Shown: positions 1 to 10,975, counted from the first letter of the stretch. The stretch is 64,000 bases of DNA from Callorhinchus milii (GCF_018977255.1 NW_024704742.1:78060001-78124000); one strand, 5' to 3'. Numbers and translations: made by a program. The notes: generated from the sequence alone by a model not told the origin.

Positions 1-186
1 TCCGCAGACATGGGGTACACTTCCCCATGTATGCAGACGACACCCAACTCTATTTTTCCACCTCTCTTTGCGACCCCCAGTCCCCTGATGTTCTGTCAGT
101 CTGCCTGTCAGACCTCAGGAGCTGGATGAGCGCAAATTTCCTTCAGCTGAACGTTGACAAGATGGAAGCCATACTCTTTGGCTCTC
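1..186 (+). mobile_element. L2-clade LINE RT fragment
   Basis: YADDTQLY ... WMSANFLQLNVDKMEAILFG. Confidence 0.88.
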
Positions 187-1662
187 GTTTATTTTTGTTA
201 TTAAATGTATTTTTTTTCGTAGTTTTGGGTTGTTTGTAAAACAAATCCAAGATGTTACCATATCATGCAGCAAATGAAATGCCAATATCAGAGCTGCTCA
301 AATCAGATTTCCTTTTCTGTTATTTGATTCTGGAAGTTTGTGTCCATTGATGTCAGACAAATTCACAAGAGCAACACTAAGTGGAATTTGTATCTAATAT
401 GGTTATGGAGTTGATTTCTAGAGAACAACAATTTAAGATTGGGAGCAAATGAACAAGTGGGGAGATTAGGAGATTTTTTATTATTAGGATATGGAATACA
501 CTAGGAGTGGTGGTTGATGCAGAATCCATATAAGCTTTCAAAAGAGAACTAAATATCTCAAAAACAAATAAACTACAAGGCTATAATGAGATTGCTCTTT
601 AAATGAGCAAGCATAACAACATAAGAATTTGCTAGGTTGAAGAAGACCAAGGTCGAGTTCGCCTTCCACCATCCTAGCAGTCGCTTGACATATCGTATCC
701 CAAACTATTTGTTCAGCTTTATGTATATATGTTCTAATTAACAGCGTATGCAATTCATCTTTGAAGGAAAATTTCGTTATTTTTTCTTATCAAAACTTAA
801 GCACAGACATGAGAGGCCGAATGGCCATCTTTTACGCTCTGAAATTGTTATGGTAATAACAGTAATCCTTGCAGTTTGGTATAGTATCTATATTGTCAAA
901 GGTCTGAAAGCACTTCACAAAGTTTCTATAAAGTGTAACAAATCCAGCAGCCAGTCTTCTGGCAGGGAAGATTTTTTTTGGATAGGAAGATGGATAGAGG
1001 AAAAAACAGACAGAGGGGAGGGGGGAGACAAAGTGGGGAGGAAAGAAATTCAACACAACAACTTGCATTTATCTAGTAGCCAGCCCTCAGGAAAACATCT
1101 CAGATGGCTGTACGGTCAAGGGAGAATGGGAGAGGGAGGTGAGCATAGGCATACACTGTAACATGTAGAATTTTGTTGGTGAACCAGGCACCCAATTATG
1201 CTCAATATTAAAGGAGAAATACAATGGAAAAAACAATTTTATCTGAGGGATTGTTGGCCAGGGCACGGGAGATGGGGCGGGGGGAGGGATCTCCCCTTCT
1301 CCCCTCTCTTTTTGAATATAACCATGGGATCTTTAATATCCACTTGAACAGGCAGACAGGACTTTGGCATTAACATCTCCCCAGCACATCAGTAGAATAC
1401 CAGCTTAGACTGAGTTCAAGTCCCGACATGTGGGGTTGGACTCATTACCTGCCGATTCAGAAACAAAATGTTACTAACTGATCCAAATAAACACTATTCC
1501 TTAAGTCCATCTCGTTCGCCTTCCACCTTCGTGGCGGTCGCATCCACATATGTCCCAAACTACTGCATTCGATCTCCCTGCTTCCCCCCTTGCCCTCCCC
1601 CAACCCGACCCTCAGCTCGGGGTCCCATAATGTTATTTCCTAAAAGAAAACGACATCAGTTG

Positions 1663-2444
1663 CAGGTGCTGACAGCATCACCATCCATGGTTGTCCACCC
1701 CAACTTGCTAAGCCAGTCCGGAACCTTGAGGTCTTGTTTGACCCTCAACTATCCTTTCTACCCCCCATCGGTGCCATGACCCGCTCTGCCTTCCCCACCT
1801 CCGCAACGTCGCCCGGCTCCTACACTGTCTCACATCACAGACTGCCGAAACCCTCATACACGCTTCCATTACATCGAGGCTCGACTATGCAAACACACTG
1901 CTTGTCGGCCTCCCCAACTCCTCCCTCCATAGGCTGCAGATCATCCAGAACTCTGCAGCCCGTGTCCTCTCCTGCACCAGGCTCCACAACCCTACCAACC
2001 GCATCCTCGCCCGACTCCACTGGCTTCCCATCACACAGAGGATACAGTTCAAGATCCTGGTCGTCACCTTCAAAGCCCTCCGCGGTCTTGCTCCCCCCTA
2101 CCTCTGCGACCTCCTAACCCCCTAACACCCTGTTCGCTCCCTCCGCTCAGCGGGCTCCGGCCTGCTTCACGTACCCCGCCTTGCTTGCCCCACTATTGGC
2201 GGGTGGGCCTTCTGCCACTTTGCACCCACCCTCTGGAACTCCATCCCGCAGTCCCTCCGTTTCGCCCCCTCACTCGCCACCTCCAAGACCCACCTCAAAA
2301 CCCTCCACTTCAACCGTGCTTCCCCCCCAACCTCCCCTTCCCCCACACCGACCCTCAGCTCGGGTCCGTAACTCTGTCAGTCCAGCGCCTTGGGACGTCC
2401 TCCCGACATGAAAGGCGTTATACAAATGTAATTGTGTTGTTGTT
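1663..2444 (+). mobile_element. L2 LINE 3' fragment with (TTG)n tail
   Basis: [15 protein letters not shown]-type 3' region; tail gggacgtcctcccgacatgaaaggcg...ttgttg. Confidence 0.88.
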
Positions 2445-3664
2445 ATAACGTACCTCAGAACCTGTCTGGGCAGTGATACAGGTTGGGATGAAATTATGTT
2501 CACGAACTGTTTGAGTAATTTTGTGGTGAATTGCAAAACCATTTGAAGTTCTTCATAAATCAAGAGGTGCAACTCCACTGTAACATATACGTGACACCAT
2601 CTTAGCTTGATGGATGCAACATATGACTCATAAAATGACAGATAATATATGATCCATTCTGCTGACTCATTCCCTCACCCCATTCAAGCTTTCGGTCACA
2701 TTTTCCCCTTCCCACAACTCCCATCCCCAGCTAAGCAGCCCAGGCAGTTCTCCTAAGCGCTTTGTGACATCCTCCTGATGTGAAAAGCGTTACATAAATT
2801 TAAATTTATATTGTATATTACGTATATTAAGACCTGAAGATTCATGTGTGATTGGTTATTATGAAGAGAGCACATTTAGATGCTCTTTGGTGATAAATCA
2901 AATATTTATGAAATCAAATCAAATTTCAATAATTTGTTTACTTTTATTCTTGTATGTTCTAATTAACAGAACATGCAATTGATCTTTCCATTATGTTTTA
3001 CATAATATAAAGATCGTATTATCACATCAAAATGCCCCACAATTATCAGTGTGTATTTGGAAATAATGTTTTAGTGGATTTAAATGTGGGAGGAATATTA
3101 TCTTGGTGTGCAAAACATTTGAACAAACAACAGAATGTGACATTCACTTTATATGACTGCTACTCATTCATCTAATTTAATCGAAATTTCATCTCAAATC
3201 CTGGCACAGGACTCAAAACCACTACCTTCTAAAACAGGATTGCGCTGCTGTCAACTGGACAAAACAGTGCTTATCAGTGAGACATTGATATGTCAAATTT
3301 CATCCGAGTGCCACAAACATCAACCAGTAAAGCAGTAACAGACAACAAGAAAACAAGCAAATGGTTCAGTTTTCTGAAAACACTTCCCATCCAGGGAACC
3401 ATGACATAGGATTACCTTGTTGTGTGTTATTAGATCATGTTCAGATATTATTACATGTAATGATTTTTCAACGTATAGGTTTTTTTGTTGATTTCCATTT
3501 CCAGGCTACATACTGGATATCTCCGGGTCACCGTATGTGAGACTCCAGGGGACATTTTGGGAGACTCTGGTTCAAGTTGTGGGAGATTCTGAGACGATTC
3601 AGGACATCCTCCTCCTGACGTGAAAGGCGCTTTACAAATGTAATTTTGTGGTTGTTGTTATTCA

Positions 3665-4184
3665 TCCCAATCATCCAAAACTCTGCAGCTCCTGCACCTT
3701 CGCGCACCAGGCTCAGTGACCCCATCACTCCCACCCTCACCCGACTCCACTCGTTCCCCATCCCCCAGAGGATCGAATTCAAGACCCTCGTCCTCACTTG
3801 CCCCCTCCTACCTCTCTAACCTGCTGAGCCCCTACCAACCTGCCCGTTTCCTCCGTTCCAACGGGCTCTGGTCTGCTCCATGTCTCCTACCCGACCCGCC
3901 CTACCATCGGTGGCCGGGCTTTCAGCCTCTCTGCTCCCACACTCTGGAACTCCATCCCAGTCCCTTCGCCTCGCTTCCTCCCTTGCCTCCTTCAAGGCCG
4001 GACTCAAGACCCTTCTCTTCAATTGTGCCTTTGGTCGCCCTCCCACCTCTCTGCCTTCCCTCACCCCTCCCTCAGCCCTCCCCACCCCTCCCCTATGCTC
4101 GGGTCCTGACCCGACTGTTCAGCGCTTTGGGACGTCCTCCCAACGTGAAAGGCGCTTTATAAATGTAATTTTGTTGTTGTTGTT
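3665..4184 (+). mobile_element. L2 LINE 3' fragment (preceded by a second bare tail at about 3600-3659)
   Basis: SFKAGLKTLLF and the same 3' tail. Confidence 0.85.
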
Positions 4185-4344
4185 TAGCCGGTTCTCTCAG
4201 TACCCTAACCCACACGTTAGGATCCCCAAGCCTTGGCAAATAGTAATACTCAGGAAGGATAAGCCAAACTGGTCGGAGGGAGGGAGTGTGCGCATTCCCA
4301 TAAATGGGGAATTGTAATCCTGCGAATATCGATGGATATTCGAT

Positions 4345-6205
4345 GGAGATTGGGATTGAGAGTGAGATGGGGAGTGGGTTTGGGAGTGGGATGGGGTTTG
4401 GGAGTGGGATGGGAATTGGGTGTGGGATGGGGTTTGGGAGTGGGAATTGGAAGTGAGGTGGGAATTGGGAGTGGATGGGAATTGGGAGTGGGATGGGAAT
4501 TGGGAATGGGATGGGGTTTGGGAGTTGGATGGGAATTGGGAGTGGGATGGGGAGTGGGATTGGGATGGGGTTTGGGATTGGGAGTGGGTTTTGGATGGGG
4601 CGTGGGATTGGGATGGGGAGTGGGATTGGGATGGGGAGTGGGATTGGGAGTGGGATTGGGAGAGGGATTGGGATGGGGAGTGGGATTGGGAGAGGGATTG
4701 GGATGGGGATTGGGAGAGGGATTGGGATGGGGAGTGGGATTGGGATGGGGAGTGGGAGAGGGATTGGGATGGGGAGTGGGATTGGGAGTGGGATAGGGAG
4801 TGGGATTGGGATGGGGAGTGGGATTGGGATAGGGAGTGGGATTGGGATAGGGAGTGGGATTGGGATGGGGAGTGGGATTGGGATGGGGAGTGGGATTGGG
4901 ATAGGGAGTGGGATTGGGATGGGGAGTGGGATTGGAATAGGGAGTGGGATTGGGATAGGGAGTGGGATTGGGAGGGGGAGTGGGATTGGGAGGGGGAGTG
5001 GGATTGGGATGGGGAGTGGGATTGGGAGGGGGAGTGGGATTGGGATGGGGAGTGGGATTGGGATGGGGATTGGGATAGGGAGTGGGATTGGGAGGGGGAG
5101 TGGGATTGGGAGTGGGATGGGGAGTGGGATTGGGATAGGGAGTGGGATTGGGAGGGGGAGTGGGATTGGGAGTGGGATGGGGAGTGGGATTGGGATGGGG
5201 AGTGGGATTGGGATGGGGAGTGGGATTGGGAGGGGGAGTGGGATTGGGAGTGGGATAGGGAGTGGGATTGGGATGGGGAGTGGGATGGGGAGTGGGATTG
5301 GGAGTGGGATGGGGAGTGGGATTGGGAGTGGGATGGGGAGTGGGAGTGGGATTGGGAGTGGGATTGGGATAGGGAGTGGGATGGGGATTGGGATAGGGAG
5401 TGGGATTGGGATGGGGAGTGGGATTGGGATGGGGAGTGGGATTGGGAGTGGGAGTGGGATTGGGATGGGGAGTGGGATTGGGATGGGGAGTGGGGAGTGG
5501 GATTGGGATGGGGAGTGGGATTGGGAGAGGGATTGGGATGGGGATTGGGAGAGGGATTGGGATGAGGAGTGGGATTGGGATGGGGAGTGGGAGAGGGATT
5601 GGGATGGGGAGTGGGATTGGGAGTGGGATAGGGAGTGGGATTGGGATGGGGAGTGGGATTGGGATAGGGATTGGGATGGGGAGTGGGATTGGGATGGGGA
5701 GTGGGATTGGGATAGGGAGTGGGATTGGGAGGGGGAGTGGGATTGGGAAGGGGAGTGGGATGGGGAGTGGGATTGGGATGGGGAGTGGGATTGGGATAGG
5801 GAGTGGGATTGGGAGGGGGAGTGGGATTGGGATGGGGAGTGGGATTGGGAGTGGGATAGGGAGTGGGATTGGGATAGGGAGTGGGATTGGGAGGGGGAGT
5901 GGGATTGGGAGGGGGAGTGGGATTGGGAGGGGGAGTGGGATTGGAGGGGAGTGGGATTGGGATGGGGAGTGGGATTGGGATGGGGATTGGGATAGGGAGT
6001 GGGATTGGGAGGGGGAGTGGGATTGGGAGGGGGAGTGGGATTGGGATGGGGAGTGGGAGTGGGAGGGGGAGTGGGATTGGGATAGGGATTGGGATGGGGA
6101 GTGGGATGGTGAGTGGGATTGGGAGTGGGAGTGGGATTGGGATGGGGAGTGGGATTGGGAGTGGGATTGGGATGGGGAGTGGGAGTGGGATTGGGAGTGG
6201 GATTG
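4345..6205. repeat. G-rich hexamer array (GGGATT/GGGATG/GGGAGT/GGGATA/GGGAGG), commonly as the 18-mer GGGATTGGGATGGGGAGT
   Basis: About 1.86 kb directly visible, almost no C on the + strand. Confidence 0.97.
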
Positions 6206-6400
6206 GTTGCACAAAATCCCTCCCTCTGCTCTCCAGACCCTGACTCTGGGCTCAGCTCCGCGGCCCTGAAATAAACGGGAATGTCACGTGGTGTGGGAGG
6301 GGCGGGAGGGCGGGAAGTCACGTGGGGTCTGGGCCGGGGTGACGCCGCGCGTCCGTTGTCATGGAGACAGCAACACAGAGACGGTGAACTGCGACAGCCG
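6206..6400 (+). promoter_or_regulatory. Probable CpG-rich core promoter of DNAH6
   Basis: Non-repetitive CpG-dense patch upstream of the gene: GTCACGTG at 6283-6290 and 6317-6324, GGGGCGGG/GGGCGG GC boxes at about 6298-6314, X-box at 6355-6368. Confidence 0.7.
6355..6368. promoter_or_regulatory. RFX X-box GTTGTCATGGAGAC
   Basis: Imperfect palindrome matching the RFX consensus GTTGCCATGGCAAC; RFX factors are established regulators of ciliary genes. Confidence 0.75.
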
Positions 6401-7355
6401 CGCAGAGCCGAGCCGAGCCGAGCAGAGGGGCCGAGCAGGGCCGGGCAGGGGGGCCGGGCAGGGCCGGGCAGGGGGGCCGGGCAGGGGGGCAGAGCAGGGC
6501 CGGGCAGGGCTGGGCAGGGGGCCGGGCAGGGCTGGGCAGGGGGGCCGGGCAGGGCCGGGCAGGGGGGCCGGGCAGGGCCGGGCAGGGGGCCGGGCAGGGG
6601 GGCAGAGCAGGGCCGGGCAGGGCTGGGCAGGGGGGCCGGGCAGGCTGGGCAGGGGGCCGGCAGGGGGGGCGATCAGAGCCGGGCAGAGCCGGCAGGGGGG
6701 CCGAGCAGAGCTGAGTAGGGGGGCCGAGCAGGGGGGCCGAGCAGGGGAGCAGGGCAGGGGGGCCGAGCAGGGGGGCTGAGCAGAGCCGAGCAGGGGGCCG
6801 AGCAGGGGAGCAGGGCAGGGGGGCCGAGCAGGGGGGCTGAGCAGAGCCGAGCAGAGCCGAGCAGGGGGGCTGAGCAGAGCCGAGCAGAGCCGGGCAGGGG
6901 GGCTGAGCAGAGCCGAGCAGAGCTGAGCAGGGGGGCTGAGCAGAGCCGAGCAGAGCCGAGCAGGGGGCTGAGCAGAGCCGAGCAGAGCCGAGCAGGGGGC
7001 TGAGCAGAGCCGAGCAGAGCCGAGCAGGGGGGCTGAGCAGAGCCGAGCAGAGCCGAGCAGGGGGGCTGAGCAGAGCCGAGCAGAGCCGAGCAGGGGGGCT
7101 GAGCAGAGCCGAGCAGAGCCGAGCAGGGGGGCTGAGCAGAGCCGAGCAGAGCCGAGCAGGGGGGCTGAGCAGAGCCGAGCAGAGCCGAGCAGGGGGCTGA
7201 GCAGAGCCGAGCAGAGCCGAGCAGGGGGCTGAGCAGAGCCGAGCAGAGCCGAGCAGGGGGGCTGAGCAGAGCCGAGCAGAGCCGAGCAGGGGGGCTGAGC
7301 AGAGCCGAGCAGAGCCGAGCAGGGGGGCTGAGCAGAGCCGAGCAGAGCCGAGCAG
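6400..7355. repeat. GC-rich pentamer-based minisatellite (GGGCA/GGGCC grading into a 32-33-mer GAGCAGAGCCGAGCAGAGCCGAGCAGGGGG(G)CT)
   Basis: Directly visible tandem units. Confidence 0.95.
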
Positions 7356-7555
7356 GTACATTCATTTGTGATAATAGTTGTGAAATTATGCTAATTTGAG
7401 CAAAGGCGAGCAGGCAGGTAGGAGAGGCTTGATCCCAGCCCCTGATCCCGGCCCCTCACCCTCTCTCTCTGGGTGAGACCCACAGCCCCTGGGCCTGACC
7501 GCTGGCTCCCAGATTCACCATATTTACATATATTAATATTTTTGGGTTGAATTCT

Positions 7556-9503
7556 TGGAGGAGAGGAGAGGAGAGCGGGCAGGTGGGGAGAGGAGAGGAG
7601 AGCGGGCAGGTGGGGAGAGGAGAGCGGGCAGGTGGGGAGAGGAGAGGAGAGTGGGCAGGTGGGGAGAGGAGAGGAGAGCGGGCAGATGGGGAGAGGAGAG
7701 CGGGCAGATGGGGAGAGGAGAGGAGAGTGGGCAGGTGGGGAGAGGAGAGGAGAGTGGGCAGGTGGGGAGAGGAGAGGAGAGCGGGCAGGTGGGGAGAGGA
7801 GAGGAGAGCGGGCAGATGGCAGAGGAGAGGAGAGCGGGCAGATGGCAGAGGAGAGGAGAGCGGGCAGGTGGGGAGAGGAGAGTGGGCAGGTGGGGAGAGG
7901 AGAACGGGCAGGTGGGTAGAGGAGAGGAGAGCGGGCAGGTGGCAGAGGAGAGGAGAGCGGGCAGATGGCAGAGGAGAGGAGAGCGGGCAGGTGGGGAGAG
8001 GAGAGTGGGCAGGTGGCAGAGGAGAGGAGAGCGGGCAGATGGGGAGAGGAGAGTGGGCAGGTGGCAGAGGAGAGGAGAGCGGGCAGGTGGGGAGAGGAGA
8101 GTGGGCAGGTGGCAGAGGAGAGGAGAGCGGGCAGATGGCAGAGGAGAGGAGAGCGGGCAGATGGCAGAGGAGAGGAGAGCGGGCAGATGGCAGAGGAGAG
8201 GAGAGTGGGCAGGTGGGGAGAGGAGAGCGGGGAGGTGGCAGAGGAGAGGAGAGCGGGCAGGTGACAGGAGAGGAGACCGGGCAGATGACAGGAGAGGAGA
8301 GCGGGCAGGTGGCAGAGGAGAGGACAGCGGGCAGGTGGGGAGAGGAGAGCGGGGAGGTGGCAGAGGAGAGGACAGCGGGCAGGTGGGGAGAGGAGAGCGG
8401 GCAGGTGGCAGAGGAGAGGAGAGCGGGCAGGTGGGGAGAGGAGAGTGGGCAGGTGGCAGAGGAGAGGAGAGCGGGCAGGTGGGGAGAGGAGAGTGGGCAG
8501 GTGGGGAGAGGAGAACGGGCAGGTGGGGAGAGGAGAGTGGGCAGGTGGCAGAGGAAAGGAGAGCGGGCAGATGGCAGAGGAGAGGAGAGTGGGCAGGTGG
8601 CAGAGGAGAGGACAGTGGGCAGGTGGGGAGAGGAGAGCGGGCAGGTGGGCAGAGGAGAGGAGAGCGGGCAGATGGCAGAGGAGAGGAGAGTGGGCAGATG
8701 GCAGAGGAGAGGAGAGCGGGCAGGTGGGGAGAGGAGAGCGGGCAGGTGGGGAGAGGAGAGTGGGCAGGTGGCAGAGGAGAGGAGAGCGGGCAGGTGGGGA
8801 GAGGAGAGTGGGCAGGTGGGAGGAGAGGAGAGCGGGCAGGTGGGGAGAGGAGAGTGGGCAGGTGGCAGAGGAGAGGAGAGCGGGCAGATGGCAGAGGAGA
8901 GGAGAGCGGGCAGGTGGCAGAGGAGAGGAGAGCGGGCAGGTGGCAGAGGAGAGGAGAGCGGGCAGGTGGGGAAAGGAGAGCGGGCAGGTGGGGAGAGGAG
9001 AGCGGGCAGATGGCAGAGGAGAGGAGAACGGGCAGGTGGGGAGAGGAGAGTGGGCAGGTGGCAGAGGAGAGGAGAGCGGGCAGATGGCAAAGGAGAGGAG
9101 AGCGGGCAGGTGGGGAGAGGAGAGGAGAGCGGTCAGATGGCAGAGGAGAGGAGAGCGGGCAGGTGGGGAGAGGAGAGGAGAGCGGGCAGGTGGGGAGAGG
9201 AGAGCGGGCAGATGGCAGAGGAGAGGAGAGCGGGCAGGTGGCAGAGGAGAGGAGAGCGGGCAGGTGGGGAGAGGAGAGGAGAGCGGGCAGGTGGGGAGAG
9301 GAGAGCGGGCAGGTGGCAGAGGAGAGGAGAGCGGGCAGGTGGCAGAGGAGAGAGCGGGCAGGTGGCAGAGGAGAGGAGAGCGGTCAGATGGCAGAGGAGA
9401 GGAGAGCGGGCAGGTGGGGAGAGGAGAGGAGAGCGGGCAGGTGGGGAGAGGAGAGCGGGCAGGTGGCAAAGGAGAGGAGAGCGGGCAGGTGGGGAGAGGA
9501 GAG
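7556..9503. repeat. Purine-rich minisatellite, 22- and 27-nt variants of GGAGAGYGGGCAGRTGGSRGA(GGAGA)
   Basis: About 1.95 kb directly visible. Confidence 0.96.
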
Positions 9504-9542
9504 TAACAATCTGACTTTCACTCTGTCTCCTGAAACAGTTTC

Positions 9543-9800
9543 TCATCCCGTCCTCATCCAGTCAGCTGCGGAGTACCCCAGGGCTCCATCCTTGGCCCCC
9601 ACCTCTTCCTCATCTATATGCTTCCTCTTGATGATGTCATCAGCAGACACGGGATCAACTTCCACATGTATGTGGATGACACACAAATCTATTTCACCTC
9701 CAGCTGAGACTCCAGGACCCCCTATGTTCTGTCAGCTTATCTGGGAGCTTGTCCCACCCACTCTCTGTGTGACTGACAGCTCCTAGCTGACAGCCAATTC
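9543..9800 (+). mobile_element. Degenerate L2 RT fragment
   Basis: Decayed [10 protein letters not shown] / YVDDTQIY coding sequence. Confidence 0.7.
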
Positions 9801-10668
9801 CCTGGATATTTGCATATTATTTTTTTGTTGAATTCTTGGTGAACATCTATCTGCAGAGTTTTGGGTGCTGAGACACAACTTGGTGTGGTTCAGATGGAGA
9901 GCGCTAATTGAAAGCTCCCCTGTATCCATGGCTGTGCTTTTGCTGACTTGTATAATTGTATAATTGTAAACAGAGTGCTTCACAGAGAGCATTCAGGAAT
10001 AAGGAACACGAGTTTGGATAACTATTTTTGAACAACTTGTATTGTAACACATCTACTTAAAAACTGTTTTAATCATGTTTAATGAAAATAGTTTTCATAG
10101 ATTTTTTTGTGTGGATACGACCAAGCCCTTCAGAAATATTTCTGTAAGCTATGTCATCAAAATCAACAAAGGTGATATATAAATCATCGCTGGTGGTAGA
10201 TTGTGCAAGCTAAGTGTGCTGGCCGTTGTTTTAAACAACTACAACAACTTGCATTTACATAGCACCTTTCATATGGTGGGGTCTTGGAGGTCTTAAAATC
10301 GTGGAGCTTAATGCCGAGCCAGGGAGAAAGGGGGGACAAGAAGCATGGTTGAAGAGGAAGCTCTTCAGGTGTCATCTAAAGTTGGACATTGGGGTGGGGT
10401 GAGGGGCAAGAAGGAGGGATTGAGGCAGAGAGTTCCAGACTATGGGACGTATTGGCTGAGAACATGGCTGCTGATCATGGAATGGAGAGGACGAGGGACT
10501 TGCAGGAGGTGGAGGCAGCTGAGCGAAGGGTGCCAGGGCATGATGTGATTTGTAGATTAGAGTGAGGATCTTGAAATCGATCTGTTCTGCATTTGGGGGG
10601 TAAGTGGAAACTGGTAAGGATTGGGGTGCTGGGGTTCTGGAGTTTATAATAATAATCTTTGATTTGAT

Positions 10669-10975
10669 ACAACAACAACAAAATTATATTTGTATAGTGC
10701 CTTTCACGTCGGGAGGACGTTCCCAAGGCGCTGGACAGACAGAGCTTCAGACCCGAGCTGAGGATCGTGGTGGGGGAGGGCAGGGGGGGAAGCAGGGAGA
10801 TTGAAAGCACGATCGATGAGATGGGTCTTGAAGGTGGTGAGGGAGGGGGCGAGATGGAGGGACTGTGGGATGGAGTTCCAGAGGGTGGGTGCAGAGTAGC
10901 GGAAGGCCCGCCCGACAATAGTGGGGCGAGCAAGGCCAGAGCCCGCTGAGTCGGGGGAGCGAACAGGATGGTAGG
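10669..10975 (-). mobile_element. L2 3' fragment
   Basis: [16 protein letters not shown]; (CAA)n tail on the + strand. Confidence 0.85.

Noticed and set aside
1..4300. SUCLG1, the head-to-head neighbour of DNAH6 in mammals
   Set aside because: No recognisable succinyl-CoA ligase alpha peptide in the ORF track or in the minus-strand exon-like segments I translated
4345..6205. Interstitial telomeric repeat
   Set aside because: GGGATT is the mirror image of TTAGGG, not a rotation or reverse complement of it; true TTAGGG/CCCTAA runs are absent
7556..9503. CRISPR-like array or tandem CTCF array
   Set aside because: Eukaryotic context, no unique spacers and no cas genes; units match only the right half of the CTCF core and lack the CCA/CCG start
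4093..9786. Long ORFs of 230-740 aa on both strands (PIPLPIP, WDWDGE, SQSHS, ERRAGRW, LLGSARLC)
   Set aside because: They are translations of tandem repeats that lack stop codons in several frames at once; no domain content or splice support
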